Positions 46,781 through 56,743 of a DNA stretch of 64,000 nucleotides are shown here, piece after piece. The notes under the pieces were generated by a model. That model had not been told where the DNA came from. It was given only the letters and a program-made list of their open reading frames with translations, and did not search any database. The stretch spans positions 34,719 to 98,718 of the forward strand of contig JAIOPI010000013.1 in the NCBI GenBank assembly GCA_021413965.1, written 5' to 3'. The DNA is from Lentisphaerota bacterium (GTDB taxonomy: Bacteria > Verrucomicrobiota > Kiritimatiellia > UBA8416 > JAIOPI01). The position numbers and the translations under genes are program-made. Each line of letters starts with the position of its first letter. The stretch's first letter is position 1.

Positions 46781-48118
46781 TCACGTTGCGTTCCACCCCG
46801 CCGGATTCGGATACTCCGGCACGCCGATCTCCGGCACCAACTCCGCGATTCGCACCAGGCGGTTCTCCGCCATCGACCGGTTTCCCGCGACCCCGGTCAG
46901 GATCGACCAGGCCCCCGACCGCTCATCGGCCGCTCGCAAATAGCGGTCGGCAGGCTGCCGCGCCCCGTCAAAGACGTAGGTCAACATGACCGGATCAGCG
47001 CCGCCATGGCCGCCGTCCGCGGCCCACACCTTCACGTCGTAGGCTGGCGCACGATGCGGGTAGAGCCGGATCCAGGTGCCCTCTGCCTTCAAGGCGCCGG
47101 GCACGCTGCCGTCGGCGTTGATGTAGACCGTCTCCTCGCACTTGTGCTCAAGGCGCCCCGCCGTGCCGTTGAACGTGACCACATAGCCTTCCCAGGGGCT
47201 GAACGCATTCAGCGAGTACGTCATGATCGCCTCGTTCCGGTAACGCACGGTCAGATTCATGGAATCTTCGATGTCGATGTCCGGACTGAAGACGCAGCGG
47301 TCCCGGAAGTAGCCGTCATGGCCTTCACAATCCAGGTACAGCCGCCGCAAGCTCTCGTTGCCCGCCAGATCGATCTTGAAGGGACAGCGCGAGGCCTCTG
47401 CGCAGCCATGACAGCGCGGCCCGGGTTGGCGAAGGCCCAGCCGGGCTGCGGTCGCGGGCACATAGAACGCGCGCCGACCCGCCGCGTACACCGACTCCGG
47501 CACGCTGCCCAGCCACCAGTTGATCAGATCGAAATGGTGTGTCGCCTTGTGCACCAGCAGGCCGCCCGAGTAGCGCTTGTTACGATGCCAGCGCCGGAAG
47601 TAATCCGCGCCATGGTGCAGGTCCAGGAGCCAGTGAAAATCCACGGACACCACGTCACCGATGACGCCGGACAGGAGCAGATCCTTCACCTGCGTGCGCG
47701 GCGGCGAATAGCGGTAATTGAATGTTACCGTGCAGGTCCGCCCCGTGCGGCGGCGCGTGCTGAGAATGCGCGCGCAGCGGTCGGCGTCGATCGTCATGGG
47801 CTTCTCCGTCATGACGTCGCACCCCAGTTCCATGGCGCGGCAGAGATAGTGATCGTGCAGATAGTCCGGCGTGGTGACGATGACGCAATCCGGCTTCTCC
47901 ACCCGGATCATGCGCTCGAAATCGTCGGCGCCGTAGCCATTCAGTTCACGGCCGTGGTCTTGCCGGACTTCGCTCAGCGCCAGGCGCAACCGGCCTGGAT
48001 TCACATCGCAGAGGGCCACCAGGTCGGACGTGTCACGGAAGGTCTTGAGCGCCGCTTCCCGGAACATCTTGTGCCGACCGCCCAAACCAATCTGCACATA
48101 GCGCCTGCGCTGCGACAT
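46781..48118 (-). CDS. Gfo/Idh/MocA family oxidoreductase (long form)
   Basis: YVQIGLGGRHKMF...VIVTTPDYLHDHY...VMTEKP pattern. 445 aa. Confidence 0.8.
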   Translation of the reverse strand: MSQRRRYVQIGLGGRHKMFREAALKTFRDTSDLVALCDVNPGRLRLALSEVRQDHGRELNGYGADDFERMIRVEKPDCVIVTTPDYLHDHYLCRAMELGCDVMTEKPMTIDADRCARILSTRRRTGRTCTVTFNYRYSPPRTQVKDLLLSGVIGDVVSVDFHWLLDLHHGADYFRRWHRNKRYSGGLLVHKATHHFDLINWWLGSVPESVYAAGRRAFYVPATAARLGLRQPGPRCHGCAEASRCPFKIDLAGNESLRRLYLDCEGHDGYFRDRCVFSPDIDIEDSMNLTVRYRNEAIMTYSLNAFSPWEGYVVTFNGTAGRLEHKCEETVYINADGSVPGALKAEGTWIRLYPHRAPAYDVKVWAADGGHGGADPVMLTYVFDGARQPADRYLRAADERSGAWSILTGVAGNRSMAENRLVRIAELVPEIGVPEYPNPAGWNAT

Positions 48119-48242
48119 GAAAAGCTCCCGTCTGATAGGTAACGATCGAGGGCGGGAAGACTAGTACAGGGGGGGCACAGGCTCAAGCGGATACGAACAC
48201 GGCGGCCCGGAGCGACGCCACCGCCGCTCACCCACGGCACCA

Positions 48243-48740
48243 TCATCGCGTGGGTTCCACCGGCGGCTGGCCGCCGGAAGGCTTGACGATCCCCTCACGC
48301 TCCTGGAACCGATTGAACGTGTCCGCCAGATCGTGGAAGAAATCGTCCTTGCGGAATTTGATCAGTCGCGGGGTTTGCGCACCGGAGCCCAAGCCGTCCA
48401 GGTAGTTCTTGAGGTGATAGACCGGGCCACCGATACGGTGGGAAATCAGAACGCCGGCCAGGCACAGCATGGAAAAACTCAGGAAGGTGAACAGGCTCAA
48501 CTGCACGTCCAGCGTGGCTTCCTGTTCATAGACAATGACCTGCAGGTCTCGATGAGCCGTCATGGGAAGCGGCATGCGCAGCGCTTCGGCGGCCAGGCGC
48601 TGAAAGGCATGCTTGCTGACGTAGACATTGACCAGTGCATAGAGCAACGCCAACACGGCAAAAAACAAGATGATGCGCAGCTGGGTCCCGGGCAGGCTCA
48701 TGACGTTGCGCCGGCGATTTCGTCCCGAATAGTCCTTCAT
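48243..48740 (-). CDS. Small two-TM membrane protein with a HAMP-like linker
   Basis: Two hydrophobic segments followed by ISHRIGGPVYHLKNYLDGLG...LIKFRKDDFFHDLADTFNRF, which is HAMP-like. There is no output domain. Confidence 0.5.
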   Translation of the reverse strand: MKDYSGRNRRRNVMSLPGTQLRIILFFAVLALLYALVNVYVSKHAFQRLAAEALRMPLPMTAHRDLQVIVYEQEATLDVQLSLFTFLSFSMLCLAGVLISHRIGGPVYHLKNYLDGLGSGAQTPRLIKFRKDDFFHDLADTFNRFQEREGIVKPSGGQPPVEPTR

Positions 48741-48752
48741 GCCGCGTCCTCC

Positions 48753-49262
48753 TTAATACTGGACCACGAAAATGCAGCCGTTCGTCTGAGCCCGGAAAAG
48801 ACCGGTGGCCAGGTCACCGTCGTCACAGCGCGCATCGATGACCTGCAGTTCCTCCGTCGTCCGCGCCGGCTGGTACACGGCCAGGCCCGCGTAGCAAACT
48901 CCGTGCACCAGTTGCCCGCGGGCGGGTGCGCGCTCCCAATCCCACTGGCCGCCAATGTCCGTCGGCCCTGCCCAGTCGAAACGGTTCGGCAGGGCATTGG
49001 TGACCGAAGGGGGGGGCACCCCCGGCGGAACGTCCGGGGGAAAATCACCCTGCTCAAACGCGCTGTAGTCAAAGACCGAACCCGTCAGCACGCGGAGGCT
49101 GTTGATGAACGCGGTATCCTGTGACCGACGCCGGGCTTCCCGCACGAAGGGAATGGCGATCACCACGAGAATGCCAATGATCGTCACCACGATCATGATC
49201 TCGACGACAGTCATCCCCGACTTGCTCGACAACGGTCCGCCTCTCGTGATCGGCATGCCCAT
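48753..49262 (-). CDS. Prepilin-type N-terminal cleavage/methylation domain protein (pseudopilin-like)
   Basis: KSG|MTVVEIMIVVTIIGILVVIAIPF is a type IV prepilin leader with the hydrophobic helix. No other pilus or T2SS genes lie nearby. Confidence 0.75.
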   Translation of the reverse strand: MGMPITRGGPLSSKSGMTVVEIMIVVTIIGILVVIAIPFVREARRRSQDTAFINSLRVLTGSVFDYSAFEQGDFPPDVPPGVPPPSVTNALPNRFDWAGPTDIGGQWDWERAPARGQLVHGVCYAGLAVYQPARTTEELQVIDARCDDGDLATGLFRAQTNGCIFVVQY

Positions 49263-49345
49263 CTCCCCCACCTTGCCAGACACATCTCCGCCCTCTGCAA
49301 GCCACAACCCGCTGACTCGAATAAACCACGGGGCTCACTCCGGAG

Positions 49346-49374
49346 TCGACAACAAAATGTGGGGGACTTAGAGT
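49346..49374 (+). promoter_or_regulatory. Sigma70-like promoter candidate: TCGACA-N17-TAGAGT
   Basis: About 30 nt upstream of ATG 49406, which has a GAGAGGAAGG SD. Confidence 0.35.
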
Positions 49375-49405
49375 GCGGGCGTCATTCGAATGAGAGGAAG
49401 GCCCC

Positions 49406-50302
49406 ATGCCCACCGTTACCAAAATCACGTTTGATGGCGTCGATGCACTGGAACTTCGCACCCCCGCGTTAAGGCTTGTGGCGGTCACGGCTTGGGGCCC
49501 GCGCATTGCGTTCTTGGGGCGACCCGATGATGCAAATCTGCTCCTGTGGAAACCTCGGCAGTATCAGCGTGGGGAGTGGGATCTGCGCGGGGGCCATCGC
49601 GTCTGGGTGACGCGTCCCGGCGCCGACGAGTGCGAAGACACCTACGCCGCGGACAACGCCCCCTGCGATGTCGAACTCCTGGCCGACGGCTTTCGCGTCA
49701 CGGGTGGCGTAAATCCGGCGAATCGCACGCGGCGCGGCTTCGCCGTTACCCGCATCAGCGATCATGCGGTTCGCATCGATAACTTCGTCACGAACGCGGG
49801 CGACTTGCTCTACAGCGGCGGGGTGTGGGCGTTGACCTGCACACTGCCTGGCCGCGGGACCCAGTACGGCATTCCCATCGGAGACGGAACGGAGTGGGAT
49901 GCCTTCACGCAAGTCATGTTCCGGCGCTGGGCTGGCCATGGCGCGGGCGGCTATGCGGACCCGCAATTCGAAGTGCGCAAGGACGTGCTCGCCATCCTGC
50001 CCCAGGGACAGGAGAACAAGCGCATGATCCAATCCCATCACGGGATCATCGCCATGACAGATTCGGCGCGCAAACTGACCTTTGCCAAGCGCACCCCGTG
50101 GCTGAACGGACGGGTGTATCCACTCAACACCAACCTGGCCCTCTACATCGGCCCGCAGAACTTCATGGTGGAAATGGAAAGCATGGGTCCGGAGCAGACC
50201 CTGCGCCCGGGGGAAACCCTGCATCATGTGGAAACCTGGGTGCTGCGCGAAGGCGCCGTCGCGCTCGACTCCGCCCATGCCCTGGTCGATCTCTTCGCCT
50301 GA
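49406..50302 (+). CDS. Hypothetical protein, possibly with a galactose-mutarotase-like fold
   Basis: 298 aa with a good SD and a textbook terminator after the stop. The fold guess is by eye only. Confidence 0.6.
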   Translation: MPTVTKITFDGVDALELRTPALRLVAVTAWGPRIAFLGRPDDANLLLWKPRQYQRGEWDLRGGHRVWVTRPGADECEDTYAADNAPCDVELLADGFRVTGGVNPANRTRRGFAVTRISDHAVRIDNFVTNAGDLLYSGGVWALTCTLPGRGTQYGIPIGDGTEWDAFTQVMFRRWAGHGAGGYADPQFEVRKDVLAILPQGQENKRMIQSHHGIIAMTDSARKLTFAKRTPWLNGRVYPLNTNLALYIGPQNFMVEMESMGPEQTLRPGETLHHVETWVLREGAVALDSAHALVDLFA

Positions 50303-50331
50303 CGTCCCGTCAGCAACAAGCCCGCAACTCT

Positions 50332-50363
50332 CGACCACCGGCCTGCCGGTGGTCGTTTGTTTT
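50332..50363 (+). terminator. Rho-independent terminator
   Basis: Perfect 10-bp stem CGACCACCGG/CCGGTGGTCG, a 4-nt loop, then TTTGTTTT. Confidence 0.85.
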
Positions 50364-50466
50364 CACACCACCTCCCAGGCTGTCTTCGAGGAAAACGATC
50401 TCCGTGGCATGTTCCCGAGGCGGTGGCGAAACAGAGGCGCAACGCACGCACGCCGGCCAACCGCGG

Positions 50467-53400
50467 CTACGGATCAGGCCGCACTTCTAGCCGGTAATAG
50501 CGCCTGCGGCCAGGGGTGTCGTCGCCAATGGTCATGGCCCCCCCCTGGCCCAACACGCTGCCCCCAGGCGCCCATCCATCCAGAAGATTGGTCGAGACCA
50601 GCAGCCGATATAACCGTCCCGACACCGACTCGAAAACCACGGTCGGCGCACCCGGCATCGCCAGTGCGTCCACCCGCAAGGTGTCCAACGCATCCCACGG
50701 ATCCGTTCCCGCCACGTACTCCCCCCCATTGGAAAGTCCGTCACCGTCGTCGTCACCATCAGGTACGGCATTGGTCACGCCGTGGTAGTGAATCGCCTCC
50801 CACCAGTCCTGAAGCCCGTCCCCATCTGCGTCGCCGTTACCCCCTTTGACTGCCCCCCGCACTTCCACATCATCGATCTGCCACCACAGCTCACCCAGGG
50901 CATGGTGGTAGACGAACCTCACCCGTACATTCGCCTGCCCGGCCGCCAGCGGCGTGAGATCCACATTCGTCATCACAGGCCCGCGGCACTCCGCTCCCGA
51001 CAGCCGTGTTGCCAGCTGCCATGGCCCCGCCATGCCCTGCGTACTCACCTCTACATCCGCCTGCTCGTCTTCGGAGAACCGATACCAGTTAAAGTCCTGC
51101 CGGTACACCAGCTCTACCGTCTCAAACACGGTCAAATCAAGCGCCGGCAATCGCAGTTCCGTTTCCATATTCACCGGACCGAAGTAGGCACTGTCGGCAA
51201 TGGCAAACCCGCCCCCGCCGCCCGTCTGGTTCGTCCGGCCGCCAGGATCATCGAAGCGCCACACGGCCGCCGGTTCCCCGGAGCCCAGCACCGCCCACCC
51301 GGGAGGCAAACCGCTTTCGAAATGCTCACGCACGCGTGGCACGATGACCGCGTCATCATCACGGATGTGGATGACGGCCTCGACGGGGACGGCCAGTTGC
51401 AGGGGAGACGTCGGGTTTGAAAGGCCGATCAGTATCGTATGCTCCGGTTCCGTCAACGCATCATCCACGAGGTCAACATGGAACGATGCGGTGCTCTCAC
51501 CATCAGCAAAGACGAGCGTCCCATTGGTCGGCGTGTAATCCACCCCGGGCGCCGCACTGCCACCGGCCGTTGCAAAGTCCACCGCCACCACGCCTTGGGT
51601 TCCACCTGTGCGCAAGACCGTCACGGGCACCGAGCCGCTGGACTCTCCCGCCCAGATCACGTCCCCAGACAGGCGCGCACGCTGCACGGACGGCCCCGCC
51701 CGCAGATGGCCTCGCACCCTGACGTCATCGATCTGACACCACCAATCGCTGCGGGCGTTGAAGTAGCGAAAGCGCAGCATGGCCGACGGCGCCCCGGCGG
51801 CGCCCGAGATATCCAGCGTCACCGTGCGCGGCCCGCGCATGGATGCCCCCGTCGCCGACACCAGGCTTAGCCACGGACCGGCCGCGCCATTCGTACTCAG
51901 ATCCACCGCGCCCGTCTCGTCTGGCGCCACGAACCAGTAACGGAAATCGAGCTTGCACTCGAGGCTGACGGAGTCGAAGTTGGAGAAGTCCAGGGGCGGC
52001 GTACGCAGCTCGGTGTCCACGTCAACCCCGGCCGAATAGTCGCTGTCCGCGATGGCAAATCCATTGCTTCCGCCCGTCAAGTTCCCGCGTTGCCCCGGGT
52101 CATCGAATCGCCACACGGCTGACGGATCCGCATTCGCGACCACCGACCATCCGGGCGGCAGCCCGGCCTCGAAGTCCTCCGACATGACATCCACCACCAG
52201 GTCGTTCGCGGCGATGGTCACCATCGCCGTCGATCCCGGTCCCAGGACCGCGCCGCCCGCCACCCCCGACAGCCGCAGGGCGAACCTCTCGTCCGGTTCG
52301 GGCCCCGCATCATCCAGGACTGGCACTGGAATCAACCGGCGCACTTCGCCGCTCATGAACACAAGCGTGCCCACCGTGTTCGAGAAGTCACTGCCCGCCT
52401 CGGCCGTGCCGTTGCTCGTGGAATAGTTCACGCTGACGTCACCGTCGGTGCCGTACCGGCGCACGACCGCCACCGTCGCGCTGCCCACGTCCTCGGGCAC
52501 CCGGTAGGACGCCGCCTCGAATTCGATGGTGCCCGGACCATCCTCATCGGCAATGGTCACGACGGCCTGCGTGGTGGCCCCCAGAAGCGCACCCGTCGCG
52601 CCCGATATCCACACCGTAAACGACTCGTCTGATTCATCGAGCGCATCGTTCACGATCGGGATGTTCACCGTACGAGCCACCACGCCCGGTCCGAAGATCA
52701 CCGTCAGGTTCGTGCCCGCGAAGTCGGCGGGGCTCTGCGCCGTGCCGGCCACGGTCGTGAGATGCGCCATCACCGTGCCCGACACCCCACCCCGACGCTG
52801 AACCGTAACCGCGGCGGTCCCCTCGCTCTCCGCCACGGAATACGTCACGTGCCCCAGGCCCAGGCGCTGGTTCACGCCAGACATGCTCGCCGCTCCCCGC
52901 AGGACCAGGGCGTATGGCTGTGGTCCCGCCGGGACGTCGGTGCCTTCTATCCGCACCGTGTACAGTCCCGGCGCCGGAGCCTCGACATCGATCCCTTCCA
53001 CATTATTCAGGTGGTCGGCACCGCTCAGCCCGTTAGGCCTGTTCGTCACGCCTGACGGACTCACGAGGACCAGGTCGAGATCATTCACCAGCGCACGGGC
53101 CCCGCCGGCAAATCCCGGATAGTCGCTGTAGGCCAGCGTCAGGGTGAGGCGGTTCGTCGCGCTGACGGTTATCTGGTACCGATTCGTCTCACCCGTGTCC
53201 ACGCTCTCCCAGTCGACAAAGCGAAGTTGCACGGGCAACGACGGAAACAGGCTCTGCTCGACATCGACAGCGCCCCAGCCGGAAATCGCGTTAGGCCGTG
53301 CCCCCGTCGGCAACTCCTGCGCGGGCCCGGCGCCGTATTGCCCGACCCCCAGACTGCGCGCCCCGTTCAGCAGCGTCGCCTTGATCAGCGCGGCGGAGGG

Positions 53401-55074
53401 GGGCAGATTCGTCAGCCCCGCCACGTCGGTGAAATACTGCCGCACGAGCGTCGCGGCACCGGCCGTCAGTGGCGTTGCCATGCTCGTGCCGCCGCTGAAG
53501 ACGTAGTTCGTGTTTCCCGGCACAATCCCCCACTCCACGCTGGCGGACGGATGTCGCGAACGCGCCGAGATGATGTCCGTTCCCGGCGCCACCAGGTCCG
53601 GCTTGATGCGCCCGTCATCCGTGGGGCCACGGCTGGAGTAAGCCGCCATGCCTCGCCCCCCGCCGGGCGGACTGGCCGAAATGAAATCGTTGCTGATCGG
53701 AGCCGCGGGATAATCCGTCCCCCACGCGCTGCCGTAGGTGCGGGACGTGTATCCCCCCGTCCCCGGCTGCCGCCCGCTTTCGGTGGCACCGACGCAAAGC
53801 AGGTTCTTGGCCGTCGCGGGTGAGCCCATGGAATCGAGGTCAATCACGCCGTTGGCATCCGCATCGATGCCATCGTTGCCCGCGGCGAAGACCAGCAGCA
53901 TGTCCGGGTGTTGCCACATGTAGGTATCGCACTGCACCGCCTCCGTGTCATAGCGACCGCCCACCGCGGCCCCCCAGCTGTCGGAGTGAATGCGGGCGCC
54001 ATTGGTGTAGGCCTCGTGAAACAGGTCGTGAAGGTCGGTCGGAATGCCGGTGAGCAGCCCCAGCTTGTCGATGACCGACTGGTGCACCAGCCTGGCGCCG
54101 AAGGCGACCCCGCGGTACTGCCCCCCGCTGGCCGCCCCGGAACCGAGAATTGACCCCGCCGTGTGAGTCCCGTGCCCGTCCGGGTCGTCCCACTTTCCGC
54201 CACGCCCCAACAGCCCTCGACTCAGCCCCGTGGCATACACGATCTTGCCGGCGAAGTCCGGATGGATGCCATTGGTAGACCCGATATCCAGCCCCGTATC
54301 CGTGTGCCCGACGATCTGCCCCTGGCCCGTCAGCCCATGTTGCAGCCACACATTCGTGACGTTCATGCTCCCGCCGCCCGCCGCCACATCGTTCCAGAGG
54401 CGTGGCGGCAGAAAGCGTTCCATCCACGTCACGGCGCCCAACGCCGCCAGTTCACCGATAAAGCGGGCCGGCACGCGCGCCCGCACGATGCCGCCCGGCC
54501 CGTCCAACGCCGTTCCCAGCACCGTTCCACCGCTTTTGAGAACCCCATCCGCGATATCCGCGACCGCCGCCGCCGCAACCTGAATGGTGACCTCAACGCC
54601 CGCGGTGGATGCCGTGGCGCTGGCCGCCGGGCCGGCGATCAAGGCGGCCAGCGCGGGCTCCAGCTTGTAGGCTGCGCGCCATTCGCCCACCCAGTTCACC
54701 CCCGCCACGGCGCCCACTCGCTCCAACGCCAGGGGATCCAGCGCCACCAGGCAGGCGTGCTTGGGAATGAAACCGAGGAACCGGCCCCCGCCCGCCTCGA
54801 TGGCGTCGCGCTGCGCCGGACTCATCGTGCCTGCAAACTGGATCAGAAACGGGAGGGCGCCCCCCGCGTCGGGCTGCTGGGGAATCGCCGCGAACAGGGA
54901 CGCCGCCTGCTGCCGTATCTGCATCGCGGACCAGCCCTCGGCTCCGGCCTGCGTGTCCACCACACGGCCCACCAGTTCAATGCGCGCCGCCGCCGAAGGC
55001 GCGGCATACGCGACCAGGCACGCGCCGCCGCCCAGTCCCGCCGACAGAAGCCCCAGCACCATGGTTCGCCGCAT
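50467..55074 (-). CDS. Giant secreted subtilisin-like (S8) serine protease with three Calx-beta domains, two MAM-like domains and TSP3-like calcium-binding repeats
   Basis: Signal peptide MRRTMVLGLLSAGLGGGACLVAYAAP. Catalytic triad motifs GHTDTGLD, DGHGTHTAGS and GGTSMATPLTAGAA. Calx-beta-like segments (e.g. TAQSPADFAGTNLTVIFGPG...VNDALDESDESF). Two ~170-aa modules start with E(D/H)FE(A/S)GLPPGW and end with QIDDV(R/E)VRG. DADGDGL/DGDDDGDGL repeats lie near the C-terminus. Confidence 0.9.
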   Translation of the reverse strand: MRRTMVLGLLSAGLGGGACLVAYAAPSAAARIELVGRVVDTQAGAEGWSAMQIRQQAASLFAAIPQQPDAGGALPFLIQFAGTMSPAQRDAIEAGGGRFLGFIPKHACLVALDPLALERVGAVAGVNWVGEWRAAYKLEPALAALIAGPAASATASTAGVEVTIQVAAAAVADIADGVLKSGGTVLGTALDGPGGIVRARVPARFIGELAALGAVTWMERFLPPRLWNDVAAGGGSMNVTNVWLQHGLTGQGQIVGHTDTGLDIGSTNGIHPDFAGKIVYATGLSRGLLGRGGKWDDPDGHGTHTAGSILGSGAASGGQYRGVAFGARLVHQSVIDKLGLLTGIPTDLHDLFHEAYTNGARIHSDSWGAAVGGRYDTEAVQCDTYMWQHPDMLLVFAAGNDGIDADANGVIDLDSMGSPATAKNLLCVGATESGRQPGTGGYTSRTYGSAWGTDYPAAPISNDFISASPPGGGRGMAAYSSRGPTDDGRIKPDLVAPGTDIISARSRHPSASVEWGIVPGNTNYVFSGGTSMATPLTAGAATLVRQYFTDVAGLTNLPPSAALIKATLLNGARSLGVGQYGAGPAQELPTGARPNAISGWGAVDVEQSLFPSLPVQLRFVDWESVDTGETNRYQITVSATNRLTLTLAYSDYPGFAGGARALVNDLDLVLVSPSGVTNRPNGLSGADHLNNVEGIDVEAPAPGLYTVRIEGTDVPAGPQPYALVLRGAASMSGVNQRLGLGHVTYSVAESEGTAAVTVQRRGGVSGTVMAHLTTVAGTAQSPADFAGTNLTVIFGPGVVARTVNIPIVNDALDESDESFTVWISGATGALLGATTQAVVTIADEDGPGTIEFEAASYRVPEDVGSATVAVVRRYGTDGDVSVNYSTSNGTAEAGSDFSNTVGTLVFMSGEVRRLIPVPVLDDAGPEPDERFALRLSGVAGGAVLGPGSTAMVTIAANDLVVDVMSEDFEAGLPPGWSVVANADPSAVWRFDDPGQRGNLTGGSNGFAIADSDYSAGVDVDTELRTPPLDFSNFDSVSLECKLDFRYWFVAPDETGAVDLSTNGAAGPWLSLVSATGASMRGPRTVTLDISGAAGAPSAMLRFRYFNARSDWWCQIDDVRVRGHLRAGPSVQRARLSGDVIWAGESSGSVPVTVLRTGGTQGVVAVDFATAGGSAAPGVDYTPTNGTLVFADGESTASFHVDLVDDALTEPEHTILIGLSNPTSPLQLAVPVEAVIHIRDDDAVIVPRVREHFESGLPPGWAVLGSGEPAAVWRFDDPGGRTNQTGGGGGFAIADSAYFGPVNMETELRLPALDLTVFETVELVYRQDFNWYRFSEDEQADVEVSTQGMAGPWQLATRLSGAECRGPVMTNVDLTPLAAGQANVRVRFVYHHALGELWWQIDDVEVRGAVKGGNGDADGDGLQDWWEAIHYHGVTNAVPDGDDDGDGLSNGGEYVAGTDPWDALDTLRVDALAMPGAPTVVFESVSGRLYRLLVSTNLLDGWAPGGSVLGQGGAMTIGDDTPGRRRYYRLEVRPDP

Positions 55075-55165
55075 CCGTCCCCTCCGTGGCGATCATTCTA
55101 CCCGCCAGCCACTGCCGCGGCCAGCGGGAAGGCGCCCCGAGCCATCCAGCCTCCGCTTTTTGCCG

Positions 55166-55194
55166 TTGACCGCCGCGCTGACGGCGATTATAGC
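55166..55194 (+). promoter_or_regulatory. Sigma70-like promoter candidate: TTGACC-N17-TATAGC for guaB
   Basis: About 37 nt upstream of ATG 55231. AGGAGG SD at 55217..55222. Confidence 0.4.
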
Positions 55195-55230
55195 ACTGAG
55201 GGCAACACGCGAGTTCAGGAGGATCGGTCC

Positions 55231-56721
55231 ATGCGCGGCAACAGCCAGTTAGATGCCTTCATGTCCGGATATGCCCACGAGGGCTTGACTTACGACGATG
55301 TCTCGATCGTCACCCAGTACGCGGATTTCCTGCCCGATGCGGCTGACATCGCCACCCGGCTGACCTCCCGCATTCGCCTGAATCTACCCCTCGTCAGCGC
55401 CGCCATGGACACCGTCACGGAGTCGCGCCTCGCCATCAGCATGGCGATGCTCGGGGGCATCGGCGTCATCCACAAGAATCTGTCCATCAAGGCGCAGGCC
55501 AAGCAGGTCGCCGCCGTGAAGCACCATCTCAACGGACTGATCCACGATCCCATCGTCTTCCGCATCTCCGATACGCTCGCGACCGTGCGGGAGGCAAAGG
55601 AGCGGCGCGGGTTCACCTTCAGCGGCTTTCCCATTCTCGACGAGCGCGATGTGGTCGTCGGCATCCTGACTTCGCGCGACATCCGGTTTTCCCGCAACCC
55701 CAACGCGGCGGTGCGCGACGTCATGTCGCGCACGCTGATTACGGCGCCGCCAGGCACGACCCTTCAGCAGGCCTATGACCGCATGATGAAGGAACGCATC
55801 GGGAAGCTGCCCATCGTGCGCGACGGCAAGCTGGCCGGGCTGTACAGCTTCACCGACGTCAAGGCCCTCGTCGAAAACGAGAACCCGGTGATCAATCGTG
55901 ACGACCAGTACCGGCTGCGTGCCGCGGCAGCCGTGGGGCCCACGGACCAGGAGCGCGTGGCGGCCCTGAGCGATGAGCACGTGGATGTGATCGTCGTCGA
56001 CAGCGCCCATGGGCACAGCAAGGGCATCCTGGACATGGTGGCCTGGATCAGCCAGCACTACCCCCACATCGACATCATCGCCGGCAATGTGGCGACCGCG
56101 GAAGGTGCGCTGGCCTTGCGGGACAAGGGGGCGCATGCCGTCAAGGTGGGCATCGGGCCCGGGTCCATCTGCACCACCCGGGTCGTCTGCGGCGTTGGCG
56201 TGCCGCAAGTCTCCGCCGTTTATGCCTGCGCCAAGGCCCTCGACGGCAGCGTGCCGGTCATTGCCGATGGCGGCGTGCGCCACTCCGGCGACGTGCCCAA
56301 GGCCTTGGTCGCCGGCGCCGATGCCGTCATGCTCGGCTCCGTCCTCGCCGGCACCGAGGAAAGCCCTGGCGAGAAGATCATCCATCAGGGGCGCCAGTAC
56401 GTCGTCTACCGAGGGATGGGCAGCATCGCTGCCATGAAGGAAGCCGCGGGAAGTCGCGAACGCTATGGCCAGTCCGACGTCAATGAGGACCAGCTGGTCC
56501 CCCAAGGCGTGGAAGGTATCGTGCCCTACGCCGGGCCCCTGAATAAAGTGGTCACCCAGTACGCTGGCGGCCTGCGCTCGTCGCTGGGCTACAGCGGCTG
56601 CCGAACCATCCCGGATCTGCAGGCCCGCGGACGCTTCGTGCGCGTCTCCATGGCCGGGCTCGCCGAAGCGCACGCCCACGACGTCAAGATCATGCGCGAG
56701 GCGCCGAACTACCGCACCTGA
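55231..56721 (+). CDS. guaB: IMP dehydrogenase
   Basis: From ATG 55231: [10 protein letters not shown]..., GGIGVIHKN, a CBS pair, the catalytic loop [11 protein letters not shown], and GGLRSSLGY. The upstream 356 codons of the track ORF are antisense to the protease gene. Confidence 0.95.
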   Translation: MRGNSQLDAFMSGYAHEGLTYDDVSIVTQYADFLPDAADIATRLTSRIRLNLPLVSAAMDTVTESRLAISMAMLGGIGVIHKNLSIKAQAKQVAAVKHHLNGLIHDPIVFRISDTLATVREAKERRGFTFSGFPILDERDVVVGILTSRDIRFSRNPNAAVRDVMSRTLITAPPGTTLQQAYDRMMKERIGKLPIVRDGKLAGLYSFTDVKALVENENPVINRDDQYRLRAAAAVGPTDQERVAALSDEHVDVIVVDSAHGHSKGILDMVAWISQHYPHIDIIAGNVATAEGALALRDKGAHAVKVGIGPGSICTTRVVCGVGVPQVSAVYACAKALDGSVPVIADGGVRHSGDVPKALVAGADAVMLGSVLAGTEESPGEKIIHQGRQYVVYRGMGSIAAMKEAAGSRERYGQSDVNEDQLVPQGVEGIVPYAGPLNKVVTQYAGGLRSSLGYSGCRTIPDLQARGRFVRVSMAGLAEAHAHDVKIMREAPNYRT

Positions 56722-56743
56722 CGGCGGCGCCCGCGCGGCGGCG

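Noticed and set aside
54163-55230. Upstream 356 codons of the guaB track ORF
   Set aside because: They are antisense to the protease gene. IMPDH homology, the AGGAGG SD and a promoter-like element all point to ATG 55231.
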